A DNA stretch of 64,000 nt from the human T2T-CHM13v2.0 reference genome, Homo sapiens. The notes below the pieces were generated by a model, which searched no databases, was not told where the DNA came from, and worked only from the letters and a program-made list of their open reading frames with translations. This document shows positions 1 through 13,196 of the stretch, piece after piece; position 1 is the first letter of the stretch, and each line of letters opens with the position of its first letter. The stretch lies in assembly GCF_009914755.1 (NCBI RefSeq), contig NC_060931.1. The stretch is one strand, 5' to 3'. A program made the translations under genes and the position numbers.

Positions 1-622
1 ACCAGGCCAGATTTCCAAATGGGACAACAGGTGGAACTCTCATTTTGCTCATGTTCAGGTACTAATTTTAACATCCAATTCTCCTTGTAATTATTGAATT
101 TTTATATATTAAGAAAAAACTGACACTAAGTGTATGTGTTTAAAGGAAAATGGCTGACTCATAAATAGAATGATAATTTGATATTTATGAAGTGCCAGCT
201 TTACCTATTAATGAGAATTCTGCAATTATCACTAAACTGTTTTGTGAAATTTTAGAAAATGACAAAAAAGGGTTACTAAATTTTACAATTAAAAGTCAAG
301 AATGGAAAAATCATTTTGTGTAAATAATTATTTAGATACATATTCCTTTGCATTGATAGAAGTACTGGTATTATGGTCTTTTCACTCTCAAACCAAATAC
401 CCCGTTCAAATATCAAACTACCAAGCAATGAATATTTATGATGAAGACTACTGCATATGGTAGACACTCAATTATTTGTGGAATGAGTGAAGTTGTGTAA
501 TCAGTTGAAAGATACTTTGAAAGGGAAACAGAGAGACTGGATAAACATTAGCTGGTTTTACATTATCTACGTTAGGGAAATATGAGACTATATAAAGGAA
601 ATGACATTAATGACTTCCCATT

Positions 623-1091
623 TGTTCTGCTTCTTACTGCTGCCTAATAAAATGTGTGAAAACATAGTGGCTAAAAACAACAATAAGTATTTATTTTGCT
701 CACGAATCTGCAATTTGGGTAAGAAGAGCTCCTTTTTGCTCAACATGGTATAAAGTGGATGGCTCTGCTAGTGGCTAAAAGACCTACGTTCCAGAGGGCT
801 GCCTTACAAGGCCAGCAAGTTTGTGCTGGCTCTTGGCCCCCACGTGGGCCTCACCCTACAGACTGCCTATGGGCCCTTTGGTCTTCCTCACAACATGGAA
901 GCTGGGTTTGAACACACACAAAGTAGAAGTTGCTAATTTCTTAAAGCCTGAGCCCGGAAACTCACATAGTGTCGCTTCTTCTGTATTCTAATATTAGGAA
1001 GTCACAGAGCTCAGATTCCAAGGGAAAAGACAGTCACCTTTAAAAGGAAGGAATTTCACAGAATTTGCAAACATGTTTGAAAACAACCACA
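623..1091 (-). mobile_element. MLT1 (MLT1G/H/I-like) MaLR solo LTR
   Basis: MLT1-type reverse-strand motifs 'tagtggctaaaaacaacaa...tattttgctcacgaatctgcaatttggg' and terminus 'tttgaaaacaaccaca' (TG...CA ends). Confidence 0.75.
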
Positions 1092-1140
1092 CGTTGCATT
1101 AAAACAAAACTCCAAGCTTCTTTCCTCAGCCTCAAGGTCG

Positions 1141-1357
1141 TAGGGGTTGGTAAACCTTTTCTGTAAAAGCCATACTGTAAATGTTTTAGGCTTGATGGGC
1201 GAAAGGACAATCTCTGTTGCAACTACTCAGCTCTGCTTTATTAGTGAGAAAACAACAGTAGATGATACATGAAAAAATGAGCATGTCTATGTTCCAGTAA
1301 AATTGTATTTACCAAAGCATATTTCAGGCCAGATTTACCTCACAGTGCCAACCTCTG
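1141..1357 (+). mobile_element. MER58A hAT-Charlie non-autonomous DNA transposon
   Basis: TIR-like ends 'taggggttggtaaac' / 'gtgccaacctctg'; internal 'tctctgttgcaactactcagctctgc' and 'tgttccagtaaaattgtattt'. Confidence 0.85.
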
Positions 1358-1803
1358 CTGTGCATGACATGCTTCCTCTTACTTCTCTATTCTCTCCTCT
1401 GCTTACTACACTCCAATCATACAGCTTCCTTTGAGTCCCCTAAAAGAAAAAAGTTTGTTTTCTCTTGCAGCCTGTGCACACCCTATTCCCAGTAGCACTT
1501 GCTTTAGCCTAAATGTTACTTTCTGAGCGAATTCTTAAATGTCTTATAGATCTCCCCTTGCTATTCTCTATGACAATGTTTTATTGCCTTACTAGCACCT
1601 TACATCTTATAATTAACATATGTTGTTTGGTTTCTTTAGCATTCCACCAATATTTGAGTGTCTACTGTCATCTAGAAGCAGTCTAGATAGTAGGATGAAG
1701 GTGGCGATCATGGCTTACAAGACTCCTGTGTACATGGGACAAGCATTCTTTTGGGAAAAATAGGCAATAAACAAGGAAGCAAATAAACAAGAAAATATCT
1801 GCC

Positions 1804-1952
1804 TTTTCTTTTTTCCCTCTGTCACCCAGGCTGGAGTGCAGTGACACGATCATGGCTCGCTGCAGCCTTGACCTCCTGGGCTCAAGCTATCCTCCCATGT
1901 CAGCCTTCTGATTAGCTGGGACTATAAGCATGCACCATCACACTCAGGTAAG

Positions 1953-2005
<53 letters not shown>

Positions 2006-2125
2006 TGTAGAGACAGGGTCTCCCTGTGTTGCCCAGGCCGGTCTTGAACTCCTGAGCTGAAGCGATCCTCCCGCCTCGGCTTCCCAAAATGCTGAGATTA
2101 CACACATAAACTGTTGTGCCCTGTT
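1804..2125 (-). mobile_element. AluJ (Jo-like) with expanded middle linker
   Basis: Dimeric Alu with J-type 'gatcatggctcgctgcagccttgacctcctgggctcaagc'; degenerate TSD gaaaatatctg (1791-1801) / ggaaatatttg (2126-2136). Confidence 0.95.
1956..2003. repeat. (TTA)16 microsatellite in the Alu linker
   Basis: Perfect trinucleotide run counted directly. Confidence 0.97.
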
Positions 2126-3404
2126 GGAAATATTTGATACTGCTTAGTGCTAACAAGAAAATTACACGGGACTGTGTGAGACAGGTCAGGGAAGGCCTCA
2201 GTGGAGAAATGCCATTTGCTAAACAAAAAAAAAAAAACACATCAAGAAAATGTCCTGTGCTCCAAACTGTGGGCTAGGTGGAATTGTTGCAAAGGGCCTC
2301 TAGCCAATAAGCTTTATCCTACGTAAATAATACTCATGCTTATGTTCTATTTATTTTAAAAATTTATGTAGATGCTACTGTGGTTGATAAAATACAAGTT
2401 CATTTACAAAGTGTTATTGAATTGATAACAGCTTGTTGTTTTACTTTAATAACTAGGGACATAAAGGCATCACTAATATTATTATTATTTGGAAGACTCT
2501 GACATACTTTGGGCATTGTAAAGGTATTTTCAAGCTCACAAATATGGGAGCCCTAATGTAAATGTTCATAAATTCTTTATCACTAAAATATACCTGGATG
2601 TTTTTTCAGAACTGAGATGGGAAAAAATGATGTGAAAGAAGCAAGTAATATTTTTTAGAGTAAATGGTTATTCAAGTTGGATGAAGCATGGTGGGAAATT
2701 TTCTTAGGTCTTGAGACAAGAGCCCTGGCTCTGAACAAGTCACACCCCCAATTTCTATGTATTTTTTGAATAACATATTATTTTCCTGCTTTGAGCCATG
2801 GATACTGGAAAAAGGCAGCTGTACGATGTTTTAGTGAACATAATACACTGTCACTATAAAAAGTGTTTGCTGTTATAAAACATTGTTTCTCACTTCATTG
2901 CACATAATCATAACCCATTAGGCATCTCTGTCTTTGACCTTCAATAAATATCTGAGGACACAAAGAAAGCTACACATGATATAATGGATTTCTCCACTTT
3001 CAATTTGTTGAAGAAAAAACTTCTCTTAAGTTCTCTGATTCTCATTTCCATTTCTTTCTTTCTAGTGTGGTTACCCTTTTCAAGTACACACTATTTTTAT
3101 GTCTGTATCCTAATTCTGTCAGGTTCAATGTAAATGATTACACAAGAGTGGTATTTAACACATGATTTCTTAGCAGCTGGCCAAATCACCAGCATTTTAT
3201 GGGACTTTTCCTTTTCTTTGGGCATGACACTAGGAAGATCATTCCACAAATGTTTCGACTCGCTTTAAAATAAAAGCCAACTTACTCTCATTCCAAAACT
3301 CAGGACCTTTTACTTTTGAACTGACTCTTTTTTCCTTTTTCTGCAAATAATTGTGTTCTCTTTAATATCACAGCTTTTGTTAACATATCTCTTACAGGCT
3401 TGAT

Positions 3405-3601
3405 CAGTAGTTTTCAATCAGGGAAAATGTTGCCCTGCAGAAGGCATCTGGTTATCACAGCTGGGGAGGTGGAGAGGATGCTGGTATCTACAAGGCGGAA
3501 GCCGGGGATGCTGCTAAGCATCCTGTAACGCTCAGGACAGCCCCCCACAGCAAACAGTTATCCAGCCCCAAATGTCAATAGTGCCAAGATTGAGAAACCA
3601 G
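3405..3601 (+). mobile_element. MER20 hAT-Charlie DNA transposon
   Basis: 'ggggatgctgctaagcatcctgtaacgctcaggacagcccccc...ttatccagccccaaatgtcaatagtgccaagattgagaaacc'; 8-bp flanks ggcttgat/agctagat resemble a TSD. Confidence 0.9.
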
Positions 3602-5714
3602 AGCTAGATTAAGGTATTGCCTCCATGTTTTTAACCACATGGATGCTGGCAATAGTTTATAAGCTATAGAAGCTCAGTGATTAAAATCAGTCCTTAGATT
3701 TCCACACAGTGAGGAGCAAATAAGATCAAAGCAAACCAGTAGAGATTGGCTCCCTCACCCTTCTACCACATGGAGGTCAGATACCTGTCCTTGAGCTTGT
3801 GAGAAGAAGCCTAAATATCAGGTTTCGGATGCTTAACACCCTGTGTCACTAGTGGGGTCACAATAAGGTGACTGAGCCTCTCATCACTTCCTCCAGTAGA
3901 TGATTAATTATGAAGAAAGGTCTCTGCATGAACTCAAAATTTCAGCTGTCTGCCAAAGCGAGTTGTCTGTGTTCAGGAAACATCTCTTTCAATTCAAGCC
4001 ACCAAAAACTGATTATGCTTAACCTACATATGCTCTTTGCAGAGCCAGCCTTCCCAGGCAGATAAAAGCCATGAAATTTCATAAGCATTGTAGAGTGCTA
4101 AAAATTTGGATGGCAAATGCACAAATACTGCCATCAATATCCTCAGGCTTAGAGCTGCTATTAACATCAGGCGTACATACTATGACTTTATTTCCTACAC
4201 TACATAGATAGTGCTTAAATGTATGGATTTATTATCACATTTGGCATATTTTATTTACAGCATAAGAAAGGTGAAACATTCTGCAGCATTGCATGTTAAG
4301 ATTAGGATTTATTGTCCAGGAATCCTTGAACAATTTTATCAAATGCCCATTTCTAAGTGGTGTTTTTCTGCAATAAATCATACAGCAAGAATCTATCAGT
4401 GGACACTAGGAAGAGATAAATGAGTGTAGAGGAAAGAGGGTCATCACAGATTTTTTTCTGTATCATGACCTGTCATTGGCAGAAATCCATTTATTATGGT
4501 TCACAGATGATTTTTTTACTTACTCACTGTGTTTTCTGTTTGGGGTGTTAGCTAAGATAAAATGAAAACTGGGCCAAATGTAAGCTATCAAAATCCATGA
4601 AGGCAGACATAACTTAAAGATCATGAGATACCAAAAGTATCCATTTTTTTCTCCTTTCATGTAGCTGTAAATTTTTTTGAAATATCTTTTTAAAATGTAA
4701 ATATTTTAATTTTTAAAGTAACCGTTTCACTCAAGTAGGTTAGAATACAAGTAATAGAAAATTCTGTTGCAGACTAGAACTTTGCCCCAGAATGTTGTTT
4801 TAGCAGAAAAGCAGAAACGGTATCTAATAGCTGTCAAGTAGTTGTCAAGCACCCCCTTAGTGAGTTTTCTGTTCTTCTCTTACATCCTTTCTCATTTAAT
4901 CTGTAATCAGGACCCTATAATTTGGAACAAGACCAGGTACATGAAGAAATGAATGCTAAATGCCAGGCTAAATGCAAGAATAATTTTTAGGAAGTTGTTA
5001 CTACTATTATAATTGAATTTACAATTTACATTTGATTGAAAGAATTCATTAAAATGTAGCATTTCAAGTTTCTTCTTTATTATATTTATTTTTATACTAC
5101 CTTTCGCTCTACAAGTTGTCTAGGCAAAGAAAATACTTGTAAAATGAGTTTCTGGCTTCTTAAAATGACACACTAGTGAGTATACATTGAGTGAATGCTG
5201 TATTTCCACAAACATTTTCAAAACAGGGTTTTTTTTGAAGAGGAGGGTTGCAGGGGAATGGGGTGGTGCCCATCTCTGCACACTCTGGGATAGGGATCCA
5301 TCAGCTTGTGATAATACATCATGACACCCTAGAGAGTCACTCTCCCTCCACAGCCCTTCACAGTAGAGCCCCAAATGGACTCTTGCTTTAAACATAATAT
5401 GGATGAGCAATAGAGAAAATACAGATGGACAATTGCTTTTCTAGTGTGTGACCCACAGCAGGTCCCAGCTCCTTTATTTCAAGAAATCCAGAGCAATTAA
5501 TGTTCCTAACTTACCTCCTCCTTCCTGGGCAGGGGAGGACACCCCTCCATCTAGGAGCATGTAAGCCTGAACAACAACCCTTAATCCACAGAAAGGAGCC
5601 AATAGTAAAACTGAAGTGAATGATCCCTTCCTCTAATTTATCAAATACAGTCAGCCTGTCTACAATACTTGATTGGGAGAAATTGCATCAGTGTTTTTGG
5701 TCATGGGTAAAGCA

Positions 5715-5925
5715 TCAGGGACTAGAAGAGGCAAGTAAGGTAATTGCCTGGGGTGCAAAATTTAAGGGGAAATGAGGAAGGTGCCCCAAAACTCAGTGAT
5801 CAGAATAAATAATATTTTAATGATATTTTTAAAACTTAAAATTACTGCAAAAACTTCATGATGAGGAAAATATCAACATTTTAAATAAAAACAAGATTGA
5901 TATTACTGATTTTGTTGTTCTAGAG
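5715..5925. mobile_element. Old non-autonomous DNA transposon (hAT-like; family uncertain)
   Basis: 'ggggtgcaaaatttaagggg...aaaactcagtgatcagaataaataatattttaatg' resembles a recurrent MER-type repeat. Confidence 0.45.
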
Positions 5926-6124
5926 TGGCTCAGCATGGAACTGCCCAGTATACACTGAAATAAGTGGAAGAGAAAGTTAAAGGGAGCCTGTCGCTATCTT
6001 TGTAACTTCGGTGGTTCTATTTGGGTACGCTGAACACCTTCTGGAAGCAGAAATCTATCATGTGTTGTCAATGCTGTGAAAATTGTGCTTGGGAGCAACA
6101 CATTGGAGCTGATGGTGGTAGTTG

Positions 6125-6215
6125 ACTCACAGGGTGTAGTCCTGGTCTGCCACTCACAGTTGTGTGACCTTGGGCAAGTCATTTGACTTTTCTCATGTCA
6201 CTTTCCTTTCTCAAG
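6125..6215 (+). mobile_element. MIR fragment
   Basis: MIR core 'tctgccactcacagttgtgtgaccttgggcaagtcatttgac'. Confidence 0.7.
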
Positions 6216-6555
6216 TCAACATCCTTAAAAGGATGTTGGAGAAAAATAAACATTTTAAGATATTTCTGGAACCTGCCCATATCAACAAGGGACTTGGATG
6301 GATTAAAATGGATGATTTGGGTGTTGAATTGAGTATTTATTCAAGGTTAACCTGAATTATTAATTATTTTGTTGATTCTCCAAATAACATTTCATTAGGT
6401 CACCTTTTGCCTCCTTAATCTGAGTACGAGAGAGGCCCTGACTTCAACTCCAAGGGCTGGTGGTAAATTCTATTTCATTCCCTGCCAAGATTATATCTGC
6501 TTTGAGGATTCATAAAAGACTTGAGAGTTTATTAATCCTCTGCTTTTAATTAACG

Positions 6556-6732
6556 TTTTGTTTGTTTTAGTTTTTTGTTTGTTTTTGAGACAGGGTCTTG
6601 CTTTTTTACCCAGGCTGGAGTGCAATGGCTCAATCACAGATCACTGTTACCTCAAATTCCTGATCTCAAGGGATCCTCCTGCCTCAGCCTCCTAAGTGAC
6701 TGGAACTACAGGTGCATACCATTATCCCAGCT
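6556..6732 (-). mobile_element. Alu monomer (FRAM / AluJ right arm)
   Basis: T-rich tail, then 'gagacagggtcttgc...cccaggctggagtgcaatggc...cctcctgcctcagcctcc'; only one arm present. Confidence 0.9.
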
Positions 6733-7753
6733 TATTTGGGCTCTTAAAATGTGTGATCTTACATGACTCACTCCTTTCCAGCTAAACAGTCCATTCCTGT
6801 GGGGATCCAGATAGAACTAAAACTGGACAATGGGATCAGAGACATAGGTCATTGCTAGTCAATTTTGGAGTGAAGGCCATTAGAAAGAAGATTTATGAAG
6901 AAAGTTGTTTTGCATCACACAATCATCTCAGAGTTTTCTAATTGGCTATGTTAATCAGATTTTACCCTGATATTAGTAACTTGAAATTTCATTTAAATCC
7001 TTTGCCCAATAATTATTCCATCTTTTCCTTTATAGAATCTTGAACACTCATTTTTGTTTGAATGTTAGCCAATATCTTGAAAGTACTGTGCCCAGTTTTT
7101 TTTGTAATAATGGAGTATTTCATAAAGGAGTAATTATAAATCATAAATGACAGAAAGCAGAAATATTTTATTCTTTTTTATTTGAGCTAGGAAAATTTGA
7201 ACTATCAGACCAAATAATCCCACTTAAGGCCTCTGTTGTACTGAAATCGTAAAGAAAGTCTGATTGCATGGTATGTGTGAGAGAGAGAGAGATCACACAT
7301 GGACGTATAGAAATCTGAACTTAACTTTTCTCTTGCTTCTCCAGTGACAACTGGTCCCCATCTACCTGCTCTGTAAACCTTATTATCAGCAAAGAAGTAT
7401 ACAAAGCCTTCACTCTCCTCTGAAAAGCAAGTTAAGGTTACCCGGGGGCTGATAGTACATGTGGTGTTTGATTGTAAGCCCAATGGGGAGAATTTAAATA
7501 CTTAACCATTTAAGATATCTTAGATCAATTGTTATAAGGGGAGTGACTGATGGAAACAGAGGAGAAGACTGACTGGACTCTTAACCCATTGCAGGGTGTA
7601 AATTAAAGGCTGTCTTTGGACATTTTAACTTAGTCCAGACATTGTACACAATTATTGTCTCAACAGGATAGAAGAATAAAAGGAGCTTGCTTCCTTTGCC
7701 ACAGGTTTTTTCCTACCTTCCCTGACATCTCTGAGGGTGGGGAGGCGGGAGGC

Positions 7754-7772
7754 AGAGAAAAACAGAGAGACA

Positions 7773-7810
<38 letters not shown>

Positions 7811-7848
7811 CAGACAGAGAGAGAGAGAGAGAGAGAGGAAGAGAGAGA
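7754..7848. repeat. (GA)n/(GAGACA)n purine-rich compound microsatellite
   Basis: Seen directly. Confidence 0.95.
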
Positions 7849-10329
7849 TGCATGTTACTTTATTAGTTTGGAGAATTAACCTGAAAAGGAATGTGAGTCA
7901 CATGTTTGTTTAAAGCACCCCTATGTTAATTGATCAGAAATCTTCAGCTGGCAATAAAACATTACGAATTTAGAGGCAGAAAAATAAAGTTCCCTTTGTT
8001 ACCAGAAAAATAAAGTTGTATCTGGGAAGGTGACAATAACAAAAACAAACAAAAAAAAGCTTTTCGGAAATGATGGTTTGATCATTCTCACCTAAGAGTT
8101 GTTGTTAAGATAAACAAAATTACAAGCCAAAGAGATGTTGACATTATCTTGTTATATTTTCAGCTTTTTGGGCTGCCTTCTTGGGCTGATGTTTAAAGGA
8201 TTAGACTGAAGCTTAGCTTCTGTGTGTTTTTGAAACTTCCCACAGATCAGCCTCTGAGAAAAAATGCACTGGTGTATCATGTTTCTAACACTTAAAGATC
8301 TAATTGGGATATTGTTCTGTACATGCTGTTAGACACTGTAGTGACAAGAAGAGTCCTAGCCCACATTGGCCAGGAGCCAATACATACCTTCTCCGAACAA
8401 AGTGCAGGATAATTAAAGAGCAACTACCGAGAGAGCACCGCAGAGCCTGCACAAAAATAGCCATCAATAAAGTGCTGGAGAGCTAGCTCCTTGGGAACGT
8501 TGAGCGCTCCTTCCTACATTCACTTTGCTTTTCAAATACAGTTCCTCAGAGCTATTTTTTTCCTCACTTTTTGAGTATTTTATAAGTAGTTCTAAATTTT
8601 TTAAAAAATTAAATATCTCCATCTATTATCTATGCAAAATTACCTGAAGAGCACCGTTAGGAGATTCAAAGTATATTTCATAAAATTTAAGGGAACCAAG
8701 GCATTTAGAAGCTTCATTTCAATTACAATTCGGTAACTAAGAACTAAATAAAATACACAGGGTATTTTTACATCAGTCACAATTCCTATTCAAACAACCT
8801 ATTTAAATGTGCACAGGCCTTTCAGGCAGAGCCACTCAAATGCCCTTGCATAGCAGGTTCTGCAAGTAAATCAGGAAGGCGTTAGGATTGTATAAAACCG
8901 CAACATGACCCCCGTAGGCTCGATTACCTTTCCAGCATAACCATTTAAAAAATTGTTTTTCCATTCTTTTTTTAAAAAACAAAACAAAGCAAAACAATTT
9001 TCTACAAATCATGAAGCATTGAGAACCTCTGAGTAGCTGGTTCTTACAGTGACCCTAAAGGATTTACACCAGAACTTCCCAACACCACTAAAGGGAACAA
9101 TGCATATAAATCCCTTCCGCAGTGATGGGGAAATGGGATCCTTAGAAAGCTCCTTCTCTATTCAATGAAATCTGCCAATTTTTTACTCTTAAAATACGAT
9201 TCCATCCACAGGGCAACTTCAAAATGGTTTCTCCACATTTCTTTAGATCCTGTGTAAATCAAGTGCTGTTCGGCAGATACCGTGTATAAATCATCCATAT
9301 TTTAGCCCCTCTCTTTTTATAGAATGCATTTGCAAGATCAATTTTTGATTCTGCAGAGCTCCCTTTACCAGCTTAAACTAAAGATGGCTTGCTTTTTTAT
9401 GTTGGTTTGCCTTTTTCTAAGTAACCCTCAGAAAACACAATGATAGTCTAAGCTCAGCGCACAATTGTCTGGCAAGGTCAAATGGAGAGTTATAACAGAC
9501 AGGCGTCTATTTATTTATACATGTTGCTGTGTGCTGAGGAGTTAGCCTCAACACATTCAAGTTTTTAAATCATAGAACTTGCTTTCAAGTCAACTTCCTC
9601 AGGACAGCTGAAGGATTCAAGTCAATAGATAGTCTGATTTTTTTTTAATTAAATCTCTATAGGGTCATTTAATGATATTGTTAGGATGCTTGATGCAGCC
9701 CCCAGGTAGAAGACTGTCTGCAAAGCATAAAGAATGAGCTGCTCTCCTTCTGCCACAGCCTCTGCTGATTTACAACCACTTTGTGTTTGATGTTGGACAG
9801 GATAATTTCATCAGTCTCCAACCCTTGTGATCACGTCCCAAAATGACTCGTCAGGTGAAGCCCCGGCAGAAGATTGCTTGTCACCTGTAGGAAGTAGCTG
9901 TCTGCTCTGAGTACTCTTTCCTCATAAATGTAATCATCTGTTAGTTATTCATTGAGCTATACTTCATGGGCTCGATGGAGTGGTGAGGGCAAGGGACCAA
10001 CTCTTCACTGGGAAAATGCTTAGAAACAACGTTGATGCTTGTTTTGTTTTTCTTTCTTCTCTTTCTCATCTTTTTCTCACACAGGAAGAAGAAATATGCA
10101 TCTGGGTTCATTTTTGAAGGTTACTATGGAAAACATCCATTTAAGTACATTTAAGAATTTTTTTTAATTAAAAAAATTTCACATTTGAGGAAATGGACTT
10201 AAAGATGGTGGGTAATTTGCCAAAAGTCACATAGCTCGTCAGGTTTGCCTTCTTCTTTCATGAGGACTGTTGATGTTTTATTGAAACCCAATCAGTCTTT
10301 ATGGTGTTCCTATGTGTTAAGCCTGAGCT

Positions 10330-10717
10330 CCAGGAATTCTCACTAATTTGTGAGGAAATGTTTACACCAATGGCTGGCTGAACTTTGTTGTTATGACTCA
10401 TTTCCCATTGGTGAAGATACAATTTATTTATCCTGTTGGAATTGGATGTGTCTATCTTATGCATATCCCAGATTTGTTTCTGAGAGGCACACAACACATT
10501 TGATTTCACAGTTTCACAGCTAGAGAGGAATTTGCCTCAGAATAAATTGTATCTTGAATCTCACCAAAATCTGATTTAGATAATATTTAGATAAGACTTT
10601 GTACTTTAGATTTTTGAGTTGATGCTGGAACAGGCGAAGACTTTTGGGGCTGTTTGGATAGAAGGAATGTATTTTGCATGTGAGAAGTACATAAATTTGG
10701 GGATATCAGGGGTGGAA
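10330..10717 (+). mobile_element. MLT1A-type MaLR internal 3' segment with polypurine tract
   Basis: 'tttttgagttgatgctggaacaggcgaagacttttggggctgt...tattttgcatgtgagaag...caggggtggaa' abutting the LTR. Confidence 0.75.
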
Positions 10718-11080
10718 TGCTATAGACTGAATGTTTGTGTCCTCCCAAAATTCATATGTTGAAATCCTAGCCCCCAGTCTGAGGATACTAGGAGGTAGGG
10801 CCTCTGGGAGGTACATCATGAGAATAGAGCCCTCATGAATAGTATTAATATTCTTATAAAAGAGACTCCAGAAAATTTCATGATCCCTTCTGCCATGTGA
10901 GGACTCAATGAGGTGACTTCTATCTATGAACTTGGAATCAGGCACTCACCAGACACTGAATCTGCTGGCACCTTGACCTTGGACTTTCCAGCCTCCAGAA
11001 CTTTGGGAAATAAATTTCTGTTATTTATAAGCCACCCAGTCTTTGCTATTCTTTTGTAGCAGCCTAACTAGTCTAAGACA
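10718..11080 (+). mobile_element. MLT1A0 MaLR LTR (full length)
   Basis: Starts 'tgctatagactgaatgtttgtgtcctcccaaaattcatatgttgaa', ends 'gtctaagaca'; AATAAA at 11009-11014. Confidence 0.92.
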
Positions 11081-11159
11081 AAGCATTAAGAAAATAAAAC
11101 TTATTATAGGTTTTGTTTCGCTTTTTAAATAATTTTTAATTGTAAATAAATATATGTAA

Positions 11160-11330
11160 ATAATAATGGCTACAAAGCATTTAAGGTATGCTGGGTACAT
11201 ATCTTAAGCATTTTATGTATATTATCCACTTAGCCTTCATTTATTCTCATGAGGTAAGTTCTAGTATCTTTATTTTACAGGCAAAGAAATAAACTTAGAG
11301 ATGGTAATTTGCCAAATGTCAAATAGTTCA
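11160..11330 (-). mobile_element. MIR fragment
   Basis: 'tctcatgaggtaag...tattttacaggcaaagaaataaacttagagatggtaatttgccaaatgtca'. Confidence 0.6.
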
Positions 11331-11499
11331 TCATATCTGCATGATTTTCTTTATTTCTAACTAATTAGCAACAAATCATTATTTCAATCAGGTGACACAG
11401 TTGCCTCTCTTACACTTTTAAGCTTAATCTAGAATGAAATAATTTACACTATGTATTTAGGCATCATGGTTAATCTAATACAATTCTCAGCCAGCTACT

Positions 11500-11760
11500 T
11501 CATTCATTCATTCATTCATTAATCTAACATCTATTAAGCATTTTCTGTGTGTCAGGCACTAGGGATACAGAGGTGAACAAATTAAATACAGCCCTTGCCC
11601 TTGGTAGAGTGGAGGACTCACCTGAGTGTGCAAGTCATAATGTAAATTATGCAAATGATTGTTTGATCACTGCCTATGAGGGCCTCAAAGAAGAAATCAA
11701 GGGGCAATGAGCGTGTTTAGTTAGCGTGGCTGAAGCAAATCTCCAGAGGATGGGTCTCCT
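11500..11760 (-). mobile_element. L2 3' end
   Basis: (CATT)n tail followed by 'ctattaagcattttctgtgtgtcaggcactagggatacagaggtgaacaa'. Confidence 0.8.
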
Positions 11761-12709
11761 AAGTTGGGCCATAGAGGATGTCTATCTCTCCAAATGACAC
11801 AGGGCCTCTCAGGGACCCAGCATGCAGCAGATATATTCACCCAACAGATTCATTGTCCCAAATCACTGCACAGATTCTCTTCTCCCTATCTTAGAATGAT
11901 TTGGCAGAGAGGCTTCTGGGACCTCAACAGTGTAGTTGCCTTGGTATCTTAGTAAGGGAGAAGAGCAGAACTGGAGAGGGACAGTGAGCTTAGGGTTGTG
12001 CTCAGCAATCCCAACCTGGATGTTGAGGGTGGGTGGACATGAACTCAAGCTTTACTTGGATCAGTCAGTCTTTTTATCTTAGGGGTGGTAAATGGGACAC
12101 AGGTACAGGAGATTCAGAGCAGTGGCCATGCTTGAAGTTAGGATTCTTAGTAGGTTTGAAGCAAGATATTAAATAGTCTGGTAGGTCCCCATAAGTTCTC
12201 ATCCAGTTGATTCAGGGTCCTGAGAAGCATTCTAGGTCGAGGCACAGTCCCAGGAGCAGATCTGCAGAGTATTCAAGATATAGTCGGAATCTTATTAGTT
12301 GTCTTGAGGTGGATTAGATCAGGGCCTGGGAAGGGGCTAAGCCTGCAGTTTAGAAGCTGCAGTGAGAAGACCTAAGCATGTCAGGTTCCAGAGCTATTAT
12401 CTATTCCCTTGCTTAAAATAAACTGTGCCAATACATGTAGGTTGATCCTTCTGCCCTGATGGGCTTGACCAGAACATTCTTTCCATCCCTAGTTTTGTAT
12501 TAATAATTGAATTCCCAGAGCACAAATTTGCTTTCCAGATATCACCAAATACGTCTTCATCAGGGACCCCAGTACTGCAGGCCCTTTGTTGTCACTTTGC
12601 CCAAACTCATCTACAAAAAAGTAAAAGGCATCTGCTCCTCATCATTGAGGTATCTTGATATTCTCTGGAGGAAGAAAAGACTTTTCTGCATAAAGCAATG
12701 TAAGGCAAG

Positions 12710-13029
12710 GTATCAGTAGGTTTTCTGCTGCTATAATAGAATACCAGTTTTATTTGGCTCATGGTGCTGGAGGCTTGGGAAGTCCAAGAGCCTGGCATCA
12801 GCATCCGACAGGGCCATCCCACGGAGGAAGGGAAAGCTGGCACATGAGACAGGGAAAACGGGCCTGAATTCCCAAGATATCTAACCCATTCTCTCCACAG
12901 TGGCATTAGCCCACTTATGAGGGCAGAGCCCTCAATACCTAATCACCTCTTGAAAGTCCCACCTCTTCATTGTCATAATGGCAATTAAATTTCAACATGA
13001 ATTTTGGAGGGAACATTCAAACTGTAGCA
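12710..13029 (-). mobile_element. MST (MSTC/MSTD-like) MaLR solo LTR
   Basis: 'ttatttggctcatggtgctggaggcttgggaagtccaag...gagggcagagccctc...acctaatcacctctt...aaatttcaacatgaattttggagggaacattcaaactgtagca'. Confidence 0.8.
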
Positions 13030-13074
13030 GGTAATAAATGCAGTTAATAACTGTAATGAAGTAAAAGTGACATG

Positions 13075-13126
13075 TAACTTATTAGCCAGGGTTCTCCAGA
13101 ATCAACAGGGCGTGTGTATGTGCATG

Positions 13127-13196
<70 letters not shown>

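Larger units (their letters stand above)
1635..2220 (-). mobile_element. L2 3' remnant, interrupted by an Alu
   Basis: 'cattccaccaatatttgagtgtctactg...' and 'gtcagggaaggcctca' resemble antisense L2; the match continues across the Alu. Confidence 0.5.

Noticed and set aside
1365-1800. Opposed L2 fragments as a miR-28/151-type hairpin source
   Set aside because: The + strand piece lacks its 3' terminus, and I see no long stem.
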